Positions 46,151 through 55,046 of a stretch of 64,000 nt of DNA are shown here, piece by piece (position 1 is the stretch's first letter; the number at the start of each line of letters is the position of its first letter). Made by a program: the position numbers and the translations under genes. The DNA lies in contig CAVNZM010000009.1 in NCBI GenBank assembly GCA_963693365.1, positions 4,537,146-4,601,145 of the forward strand, in the 5' to 3' direction. The DNA is from Amoebidium appalachense. Lineage: Eukaryota; Protista; Ichthyosporea. The notes below the pieces were generated by a model. It ran no database searches. It was not told where the DNA came from and saw nothing but the letters and a program-made list of their open reading frames with translations.

Positions 46151-46548
46151 TCAAGTGCACACAGACATATTCGGCTGGTCAACCGGTTCAGGCGCTGTGC
46201 GTGAAAGTCTATTTTGTTTGGGCCTACTGGATAAAGCCGCATCAAAAATCCCCCCCAAATTTACTGTAATCGCCTGCAAAAACGTAAGAGGAATGTTCGT
46301 GCACCCGTTAACAATTGAGTAAACAACATAAGTGGCGTATGGGAGCCACTGAATGAAAAAAACGAGTCCAAAAAACACGAAAAATACCGCTAGTCTCTGC
46401 ATTGCCTCCTGTTTTTCCGGGTCCGCATCCACAGCCCGGGAGGCAGGCAGGATTTTGTCGCTGCCGAACGGAATGGCAAAAATGGATTTACCCCACCACT
46501 GAAGAACATGCAGGTGTGATTGATTATTAAGTATCATTGAAATAAACG

Positions 46549-46583
<35 letters not shown>

Positions 46584-46665
46584 TTCTCCTGACCCCCCGC
46601 CATTTCTTCCCCCTTACAGCCACCTCTCATGAATTGTTCGGATTTCTTCTTTTCACCCCAGCACT

Positions 46666-46706
<41 letters not shown>

Positions 46707-47142
46707 TCTCCCCCTCCCCCCCCCCCCCCCCCCCAGCCTCTCTAGCACCTCTCCGACCAATAGACATATACATAACCCCCCCCCCCCCCTCTCCCCCCCC
46801 CCCCCCCCCCCCCCCCCCCCCTTCCCCCGCCCCCCTCCCCCCTGCCCCCTCTCCCCGACCACCCCAAATTGAGGGACAGAACAGGCAAAATCTTAGACAA
46901 GCTTTGACACAAAACACAGCCAGTCAATGTGGGTGGATAAAGGGTATAGACTCCCGTTCCCTTTCGCCCCCGGCTCACCCTTCCCCAACAATATACTCCC
47001 CCGCCCTTTCCTTTGGCTTGCCTCACTTCAGGATGATAAGTCATCCCCCCCCCCCCCCCCCCCCCCCCCCCTCCCTCTCCCCCCCTTCCCCTCCCCCCCC
47101 CTCACTACTCTCCCTCCCCTCCAGCCTTCCCCCCCCCCCCCC

Positions 47143-47186
<44 letters not shown>

Positions 47187-47296
47187 TAAGACACAAACAT
47201 ACACTTTCTAGCCCTCTGTAAGCACGCCTCAGTGTTACCCCTCTGTAAGCACGCTAACACTGAGACAGTTCCCCATCCCTCCCCTTACACATTCCC

Positions 47297-47328
<32 letters not shown>

Positions 47329-48717
47329 TCCCCCCCCCCCCCTCTCCCCCACACCCCACCCCCCACCTCACACCCCACTCAAAAAAATATGTACCTTCCG
47401 CCCCTGGTCCATTGTCGGTGTGCCACTCCCACCACCACCAGGAAAAGGCCGGGGTTCGATATTGTCACCCCCCACTCGAATCGATAAATTGGGTCTCGCG
47501 TTTGCGGAAATCCCCTCCTCAGCCCCACCTTCTTCGACCAATTCTCTCGTTTCAGGTTTAGGTGTTAATTGAATCGGACGTCTCATAACCGATTGCGATT
47601 CGGAATTTCGACGCGCCGAAACCCCTCCTCTCAGTACAGTTGACTGTGAATGGTCGCCTGTTCCTCCGGCCAACCCCATAAGTGTTCTTCGATTCGATTG
47701 TGTTTGTTGCTGGTTGTTCAAATCCCTCATTCGCAACGATTTCACACGAAGTAGCATTGCCCAAATATGGCATAAAGCGCCCAAAAATAGCGACCCCAAA
47801 GGCAGAACCACACTGATTAGAATAAGAAGGGCCTTAATGTGTTGTAGCCCGCACCTATCTCGTTTTATCCCAAACATACCGGCCAGGTGAATGGGGAAGG
47901 TGAATGCAACAGGGATAGGTCCAATCCAAAGGAAAAAGCTGAGTACGTAAAGCCGCGTGGTGGGTTTATCGCCTTTAAGCGTACGCAGTAGCACAAACGC
48001 AATCCACGCCGTCGAAAACGTGCTACACAAAACAGATGTCTGCCACACGAACCCAACCCCATCGCACCTGTTCTTCATAACGGCGGCAGGGTACTGATTG
48101 CAAAAAGGAAAAGTTAGCGATCATGGTTGTGACGGCCATGAAGACGTCGGAGGCGCAGATGTAGGCGGGGAAGTACTGGATGATGGACATGTTGCCGGGC
48201 CGCATGTAGTGCCGCACCGCCATGGCAAACAGAATCGCAAAGCACGCCATCAGGCTGCACGTGGCCGTCGTGTAGGATGCAGTCTGCAGAAAAAGGAGAA
48301 ATTTTCAATACTGGACTTGGAATTGGGGTGTGTAGCGGGAACATGAGGGTGGCCAATTGGTGCGGTTGTTTTTGCAATCCCCTGGAAGTGAGGTGGTATG
48401 CTTACTTCTTGTTTCCTTCCTTCTTTGTCTTTTCTTGCTTTGTTTTATTTGTGTGTGTGTGTGGTTGGGGAGGGGGGGAGGGGAAGGAGGAGAAAGAATA
48501 AAAATTGTTGCTCGGGTGAGGTTTGGGGCGGGGGCATCGGGAAGAGGGGGGAGGAGGGAGGGAGGAAGGGAGGGAGGAAGAGAGAGAAGGGGGGGGGGGG
48601 GGGGGGGGGAGAAGAGGGAGAGAAAGAGCAAGGGAACGGGAGAGGAAGGGAGAGGGAAGTATGCCGAGAGCGAGAAAAGAAAAAGAGGTAGGGAAGTAAA
48701 TGGAAGGGGGAACGGGG

Positions 48718-48754
<37 letters not shown>

Positions 48755-48788
48755 GGAAGGGGGGCCCTGGATAGTGGTAGTGCGTTTT

Positions 48789-48860
<72 letters not shown>

Positions 48861-49392
48861 AATAAGGTGTGTCCATGCATGCTGTTGTGCGTGTGTGTGG
48901 TGTTTGTGGATACTTGTCAGTGTTCCCGTGTCTTAGTTTTCTTGTGTGTGTGTGTGTTTATATCAGTTCTCAATTGCAAACACGTGTATATTGTGTGTGT
49001 GTGCGTGTGTTCAGCACCCTAACTAGTGTACTGTCGGTGCTGTGTGGTAGACGGTAGTTTAAATTTCCTTGAAGGCCTGCAAAGGTCCTCCGGGAACAAA
49101 ACGTGATAAAATAGATATAAAAATGTGTGTGTGTGCGCGCGCGTGCGTGCTGGTTCAGGGTCATTAACAAAATGTGTTGTATGTGCCAGCGAGACTTTCT
49201 TCGGGCCTGTGCCATGCTTGCCTGTCTATGAATGCTGCGCCACGCTTTGCATGTTGTGTGTGATGGTCGTGCGTGTGCAGAGGGGGGGTTTGGAGTACAC
49301 ATGCCTGTACTGCATGGAAGATGGTGCAGTAACCCCCCACATGGAAAGTGTTCTGCGCTGTACAGGTCAAAGGTACAGCCTGAAAGGTTCAT
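46151..49392 (-). CDS. 7TM GPCR-like protein (cAMP-receptor/Git3-like class), 3 exons, apparent +1 frameshifts
   Basis: Exons ~49392-49305 (MNLSG..; least certain), 48283-47395 and 46498-46151. Seven hydrophobic segments, CASDVF in TM2, RCDGVGF before TM3, a Cys in ECL2, a long third intracellular loop, FFIQWLPY (TM6) and NLGGIFDA (TM7). Confidence 0.72.
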
Positions 49393-49547
49393 GGTTGCAG
49401 TTAATGGTTTCTACGCGGACTGTTAGGAACATGCAGCGTGTGGCGGTGCCCTGAGACTTTTCCACAAAACTGGACCAAAAAACGACGGGAGGGAGGGAGG
49501 GAGGGAGGGAGGGAGGGAAGGGGGAGGGAGGGAAGGGAGGGAGGGAG

Positions 49548-49627
<80 letters not shown>

Positions 49628-50117
49628 CTTCGAAAGTCACCGAGTCATATAGATTCTATACGGGCTCTATACGGAAGGCAATGAACCTGCGAGGGAGCAA
49701 AAAGAAAACTCCGAAAAATCAGTCAAACAAGAGGTTTTATTTGTGGAAATTATTGACATAAATATTTTTCTGGGTAAATACGTAGGATGGGTGTCCGATA
49801 TCTACAGGCTTCGTTTCATGTTTTAGCAGTTCGCGTTCGGCTGCCCGCATACGGGCACCTATTAGCCGATCAAAACATCAGATTCCACAGATCACTAGAC
49901 CGAGTTTGATTGGCTCAGGATAAGATTTCTTGGGATATTCGGGTTGGTTGTAAGGTTTTCCGGGTCGGGCCGAAGGCCTTAACGGGCCGCAGGCCCGTCT
50001 ATTGGGCCATAGGCCCTAGGTCGCTAGGCCTGGGGCCCGGGGCCCCGGGGACCGGGGGGCCCCGACCCGGCCCGCGAGCCACCCCGCCCGGCCCGGCCCG
50101 GCGGCCCGGGGTTAGCA

Positions 50118-51218
50118 GTGAGCCAGGATGATCTTAACAGGGCTATAGAGATCCTCACGAAATTGAAGTTTGGGGGTGGAGGGCCGAGTGGCATCGTGCA
50201 AACACAGGACATCAAGAGTGTAACCGATATGATCGCCAAGCTGTTGAACCAAAACAACGCCGTCATCTCGAGCCACCAGAAAGTGATAGGCGACATCTAC
50301 AACAAACTCCCGCCGGCCATCGAAACTGCCCTGCAATCATTTGCCAGTGACAACTCCACTGCTACAATGGCTGTGGAGCTGGCGTTTTCGGACATGCCCA
50401 CTTTGGACAAGGACGGGAATATAAACAAGGACTCGAAGGAGGTCGTGTGGAAGTTGCCCATTGACATGTCCCGGTTCCGCGAGCAGCTGAACGGGACCAA
50501 CCGCAGCAACGGCGCGCTCACACGCGAGATTGCCAACGTGTTGGTGCACATCCTGCAGGGCATCGGCGACCAGAGCACGCTGCAGCGCAAGGGCGTGGAC
50601 GAGTCCACCGCCCGTGCGATCATGCTGGACCTGCGCGAGGCACGCGAGTCCATCCAGAACGCCGAGACCAACAACCGCGAGCTGGTGGAGCTGCGGGCCA
50701 ACTACAAGTCGCTCAAGGAGACGGTGGAGGACAAGGGCCAGCTGCACGCGGCCAAGCGCGAGAACGAGCTGCTCAAGGACCAACTGGAGAAGATGAAGCG
50801 CAGCAACCCCGAGTGCGAGCGCTACGTCGAGCACATCCGCCACCTCAACGCCCGCGTGGCCGCGCTGCAGCAGAAGGAGATCCAGTTCAACAAGCTCAAG
50901 GACGACCACGAGACGCTGCTCGCGCGCTACGAGATGCTCCGCGTGCAGTACGTGCGCGTGCGCGTGCAGAAGTGCACGCCGCGGCTGCCGGAGCTGGTGG
51001 CCGGGTTCCCGCATCCCATCAACAAGGACGCACGGGTCATCACGGACCTCTACGGCGCCTACGTCACCGACCGCGAGTCACGCCGGGCGGCTGGCGAGGA
51101 CGTCGAGACCTCGGACGACGACGACTACGTGGACCAGGAGACGCGCACGCGCATGCAGGCGCGCAAGCGAAGGCTGGCGGAGATGTTGAACCAGGGCAAG
51201 GAGACGAAGGAGGGGTAA
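50118..51218 (+). CDS. Viral hypothetical coiled-coil protein; start uncertain
   Basis: 366-aa ORF with C/G-ending codons and a heptad-rich centre. AATAAA at 51244. The frame is open from 50013; the listed start is GTG and the first ATG is at ~50229. Confidence 0.75.
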   Translation: MSQDDLNRAIEILTKLKFGGGGPSGIVQTQDIKSVTDMIAKLLNQNNAVISSHQKVIGDIYNKLPPAIETALQSFASDNSTATMAVELAFSDMPTLDKDGNINKDSKEVVWKLPIDMSRFREQLNGTNRSNGALTREIANVLVHILQGIGDQSTLQRKGVDESTARAIMLDLREARESIQNAETNNRELVELRANYKSLKETVEDKGQLHAAKRENELLKDQLEKMKRSNPECERYVEHIRHLNARVAALQQKEIQFNKLKDDHETLLARYEMLRVQYVRVRVQKCTPRLPELVAGFPHPINKDARVITDLYGAYVTDRESRRAAGEDVETSDDDDYVDQETRTRMQARKRRLAEMLNQGKETKEG

Positions 51219-51267
51219 GGGGGTGGGGACGGGGCAACCAGGCAATAAAATAGGGGGCTGAAGCAAC

Positions 51268-51396
51268 ATGAAGCTCCTGCCCGACCAATGGACGTTTGAC
51301 TACAAGCTCAAGTACGCGCGACTGATTGCCACGTTCGTGCTGTTTGCGGCCATGCTGCTGAACCTGCTGAACGAACTGAACGGGTACTTTATTTGA
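51268..51396 (+). CDS. Small 42-aa membrane protein (absent from the ORF track)
   Basis: MKLLPDQWTFDYKLKYARLIATFVLFAAMLLNLLNELNGYFI*. Viral-like codon usage, one hydrophobic helix, and it fills an intergenic gap. Confidence 0.6.
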   Translation: MKLLPDQWTFDYKLKYARLIATFVLFAAMLLNLLNELNGYFI

Positions 51397-51414
51397 GAAG
51401 TGAGACAATACGGA

Positions 51415-51484
51415 CCAATCAAATCATCGGAATTTCTACACCCACGGGTGTCAAAAATGGTTCAAGCCAATGGCTAAAAATTAA
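51415..51484. repeat. 70-bp palindrome-containing element, copy A
   Basis: CCAATC-N7-CGGAATTTCTACACCC-AC-GGGTGTCAAAAA-N7-AGCCAAT; colinear with 52282-52351. Confidence 0.9.
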
Positions 51485-51505
51485 CACGACCCCCCCCCGA
51501 ACCCT

Positions 51506-52666
51506 CTAAAGAGGGATGTAGATCTGGTCACCGAATACCAACTCGAGTTCGGTCTTCTGCACCAGGTCGCAGTGCATCTGCACCAGGCGGCGCAGCACAT
51601 CATAGAGCTGGGTGTAGGTCAGGTGGGTAATCTTGGGCACCCCATGCAGGACGTTTGCGGCCTTACACATGGCGGTGTACACGTTGATGTGCGAGCGGTA
51701 CATGCCCTGATCGATGTCCACATTCATGTGCCACTTGATGAACGTGTTCCAGTAGCTCGGGTCAAACCGGTGCTCGAACTCCTCGTGGCTGCGCCACAGC
51801 ACTATGGCTGCGTCATGGAACACCTTGCGGGCCAGCTCTCTCCCGTAGTCGGTCTCCATGCAGCGAGCCGCAGGGATTGTTCCAGGGGGAAGGGACACGA
51901 TGCGCTGGGGGTGGTCATCGTCGCACTCGTGCATTGCCAGGCGCTCGTTGGCGGAGTCCAGAAGCTCTGCCGTCTGCGTGTACCACTGCTCCATCTTCTC
52001 CAGGTTGTTGGACAGCTGCATGATGTGGGTCTCGTGCTCAAGGGCACGCGCGGTTGCCTCGGCCAGAGCGGCCTCGACCTGAGCACGGTTCTGGCGGTGC
52101 AGTACCTTGAAGGCCTGTTCGACCCGCCAGTAGTAGTAGCGCACTTCGTGTCCGATGGCAGTCTGGACGGTCATGACGAGCAACTTGAAGGTCTTGGGGT
52201 TCATGAAAATCTCCGTCACGGGTCGACCACGCCCCTGTGCCCTGAAATGGAGATAGACATTCGACGTTAAAAAGCTAACGCCCAATCGAATGACCGGAAT
52301 TTCTACACCCGTGGGTGTCAAAAAACATTTCAGCCAATCATTAAAATTTAAAGAACACATAAGGCGTTTTATCATGAAAAGGTTTCACCAGTCGAAAGCA
52401 ACCCACCTCAAGGCGTCGATCTTGAAGTCAATACCTTCAATGACATGATCGTGGGTCTTCAGATGCTCGATGATAGCTACTTTCCCGGCTTTCTCGTTCT
52501 TGTAGTTGAACAGCAGCGCCTGCACACGGGCCCCGCTCAGCTCCTCGTTGATGGCCAGCTCGTCGATGTCGCCGTCCAGGTCCCAGAACTTGGCGAACTC
52601 GCCGAGCAGTGCAGCCTTGGGCCCCAGGGTAGAGGTCAGAGTAGATGAAGGTGGAGGGAGTGCCAT
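51506..52666 (-). CDS. MSV199/AntA-like viral DNA-binding protein with coiled coil; two exons (52666-52407, 52241-51506)
   Basis: Spliced product reads HVIEGIDFKIDALR|AQGRGRPVTEIFMNPKTFKLLVMTVQTAIGHEVRYYYWRVE, matching the 'IEGIDF..GRGRP..F.L.M...T..G..VR.YY..E' pattern of MSV199/AntA-type domains. TATAAAA ~40 nt upstream and AATAAA downstream (minus strand, 51393-51388). Confidence 0.78.
52242..52406 (-). other. Predicted 165-nt spliceosomal GT-AG intron in a viral gene
   Basis: Donor AG|GTGGGT, acceptor TCTCCATTTCAG|G, AT-rich, contains an in-frame TGA. Removing it restores a contiguous domain. Confidence 0.78.
52282..52351. repeat. 70-bp palindrome-containing element, copy B (inside the predicted intron)
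   Basis: CCAATC-N7-CGGAATTTCTACACCC-GT-GGGTGTCAAAAA-N7-AGCCAAT. Confidence 0.9.
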
Positions 52667-52796
52667 GTTGCAGACTGAGCTCCTGTGGGAGTGTGTTGGC
52701 CTTTTATACCTTCGCCAGGAAGCCCTTGAAGTGCAAAAACCAACAGCCGCAGCGTGCCAAGCCGAAAGCACCTCACATAATGCAAGCCCCTCGTAA

Positions 52797-53180
52797 ATGC
52801 CCGCACCGAACGGGTTGTGTCTCGACCGCAAGATGTGCAACTCCCGCCACTTCAACGGCAACGTCACCCTCGCTATCCGTAAGGGCGCCCGCATCCTCAG
52901 CAACGGCACGCACCTCGCGAAGAGGGGCGTCCATGCCGTCCAGTACACCGTCAAGACCGACATCACGCTGCTCCTCCCCGACCTCGGGCAGCCCAGCCCC
53001 GAGAAGCAGCTCCTGCTGGCGCTCTCGCAGCGCACGAAGCTGACGGCCGTGCAGCAGCGCCGCGCACGCACGCTGTGCCAGGCGTTCGGCGTGGACGGCT
53101 GGTACGTGCGGGGCAGCAAGGCCCAGGGCGGGCCCAAGGAGGCCCTGGTGCTGCTGAACCCCGGGCGGGTGCTTGAGTAA
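52797..53180 (+). CDS. Viral hypothetical protein, possible degenerate ADP-ribosyltransferase-like fold
   Basis: 127 aa, TAAATG start. C-terminal FGVDGWY..EALVLLNP resembles the GxDG..ExxxxnP tail of ART-PolyVal-like domains. Confidence 0.6.
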   Translation: MPAPNGLCLDRKMCNSRHFNGNVTLAIRKGARILSNGTHLAKRGVHAVQYTVKTDITLLLPDLGQPSPEKQLLLALSQRTKLTAVQQRRARTLCQAFGVDGWYVRGSKAQGGPKEALVLLNPGRVLE

Positions 53181-53210
53181 AGTTGTAAATTGTTCCCCCT
53201 CCTGTAGAAC

Positions 53211-53420
53211 ATGCGCAAGCACGCCCGCACATCCCCACACGTGGGTCTGGCCGACCACCTTTCCACTGCCCAACTGATCACGTACCTGCAGCTCAACGGC
53301 AGGGAGGTGACCGAGCAGACCCCGCGGCCGTCCATGGAGAAGATGTACGAGGAGATTTTCCGGTCGCGCAGTGCCAAGGCGGCTGCGGTGGCCCCCGAGC
53401 AAAAAAAGAAGGCCAACTGA
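53211..53420 (+). CDS. Viral hypothetical small basic protein
   Basis: 69-aa ORF with an ATG start, tightly packed between neighbours, viral codon usage. Confidence 0.6.
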   Translation: MRKHARTSPHVGLADHLSTAQLITYLQLNGREVTEQTPRPSMEKMYEEIFRSRSAKAAAVAPEQKKKAN

Positions 53421-53427
53421 CAACACG

Positions 53428-54258
53428 ATGGACGCACCCAGCACGCGTGAGCGCAGGCCGCTACGGCCCATCACCGAGTACAAGCACCTGTTCAACAGCA
53501 GCGCCCGCAAGCGCGTCTTCAGCTACGACAAGCTCAAGGCCAGCCGCTGCAACCCACACTACATGAAGGCCGTGCACAAGACCGACAGCTGCCCATTCGA
53601 CCTGCGCAGGCGCAACGCTTACTTCCTTCTTAAAAACCCGCCAAAATTCTGTAGGCGGGACAAGCTGTACCGTGAGCCCTCGACGACGTGCACCACGCGG
53701 CCGTTTCCCAAACTGGAGTCGTTTAGCAGGGGGTACGTGGAGGTCATGCGGTTCGGACGGGCCAGTGACGTACGCAAGGCACCAAATGGCCCCACCTATA
53801 CCTTTTACTATGCCGCCCCAGACACCACCGCCCTGTACCTGAACCTGGCCAACCCCCTGGTGGCCAAAACCAAGCTGGACGCGCTGGTGCAGCTAAACTG
53901 GAACTTCCACAACCGACTGACCAAAGAGTCCTTCCATCCGGGCGACCAGTACTTCGTGTCTCAGGTGCTCTCCAAAACGCAGAACAAGAAGCACTACGTG
54001 GCCGAGGTGGACAGACTCGTCGAGCTCATGCGCAGCGGCGCGCACTACAGCTCCATTGTTGGAACGGGCTACTTCGACTTCTACGACTTCGACCTCATCA
54101 ATGAGGCCCGGGCCCGTGGGTACGACTCCGTGGTGCTCCTAAGCGAGCCGTACAACACCACGGAGAGCGCCACCGAGATCATCCACCTGGTCCCCCCACA
54201 CACTTCCCTTGGCATGCTGGTAGAGCGCCCCCGCGAGATCCTCAAAAAGTCCAAATAA
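53428..54258 (+). CDS. Viral hypothetical protein with ART-like motifs
   Basis: ATG at 53428. LYLNLANPL ... ARARGYDSVVL ... TEIIHL. The stop codon lies inside AATAAA. Confidence 0.7.
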   Translation: MDAPSTRERRPLRPITEYKHLFNSSARKRVFSYDKLKASRCNPHYMKAVHKTDSCPFDLRRRNAYFLLKNPPKFCRRDKLYREPSTTCTTRPFPKLESFSRGYVEVMRFGRASDVRKAPNGPTYTFYYAAPDTTALYLNLANPLVAKTKLDALVQLNWNFHNRLTKESFHPGDQYFVSQVLSKTQNKKHYVAEVDRLVELMRSGAHYSSIVGTGYFDFYDFDLINEARARGYDSVVLLSEPYNTTESATEIIHLVPPHTSLGMLVERPREILKKSK

Positions 54259-54293
54259 ACCACCACCCCACAAAATGTGTGCCACACTCAACC

Positions 54294-55046
54294 ATGCAGA
54301 GCGTGAAGTCCTTCCTCCTGCACAACGCACCCACCTTCATCGCCGAGTTCTGCGGCACCGCCCTGCTCACCTTCACCGCCATCGGCATCGCCATGGCCAC
54401 GGGTGAAACCTCACACGGTGCATCATCGGCCGCTGACGTCCTTGCTGTGGCCGCCGGGTTCGGGGGTGTTGTTGGGGGGCTGGTGGCCGTGCTGGGCCCC
54501 GTGTCGGGTGCCCACGTCAACCCGGCGGTGACTCTGGGCATGGTTGCCGCCGGTTGGCTGGACCCCGTGCTTCTCCCGCTCTACTTCACCGCCCAGTTTA
54601 CCGGAGGTATCGTGGGCACGGCGTTGCTGCGGGCCGGCATGCCTCCCGCCCTCCACGGCTCGTTCGGAACAAACGGGCTTGTCGGCGGGACCACCCAGGC
54701 CGAGGCCCTGGCCATGGAGTTGCTCGCCACGGCGTTCTTGGTGTTTACGGTGTCGCTGGCATGCAAGCATCCCAAGCTTGAGGACGTCGCGCCCGTCATT
54801 TCCCCTCTCGCCATCGGGTCTGTGGTGTTTCTCATGCACATGCTGTTGGTCACTGTCACCGGCTGCTCCATCAACCCCGCAAGAAGCCTTGCGGCGGCCA
54901 CGTTTGGCGACAGCCACGACCTCAAGCACCTGTGGATCTTCTTCCTGGGGCCCCTGCTGGGCGGCGTGGCTGGTGCCCTGGCCGCCCGCGCGCTGCTTTG
55001 GCTGCAGGCCCGGCGTGCACAAATTAATGGGGAGGATGGTAACTGA
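54294..55046 (+). CDS. Aquaporin (MIP family), intronless, virus-borne
   Basis: AEFCGT, SGAHVNPAVT, AQFTGG, MELLAT, TGCSINPARS and WIFFLGPLLGG; six transmembrane segments. Confidence 0.96.
   Translation: MQSVKSFLLHNAPTFIAEFCGTALLTFTAIGIAMATGETSHGASSAADVLAVAAGFGGVVGGLVAVLGPVSGAHVNPAVTLGMVAAGWLDPVLLPLYFTAQFTGGIVGTALLRAGMPPALHGSFGTNGLVGGTTQAEALAMELLATAFLVFTVSLACKHPKLEDVAPVISPLAIGSVVFLMHMLLVTVTGCSINPARSLAAATFGDSHDLKHLWIFFLGPLLGGVAGALAARALLWLQARRAQINGEDGN

Noticed and set aside
51431-52305. AATTTCTAC in both repeat copies resembles the Cas12a direct-repeat handle
   Set aside because: Only two copies, 867 bp apart; no matching GTAGAT stem at the right distance, no spacers and no cas genes.
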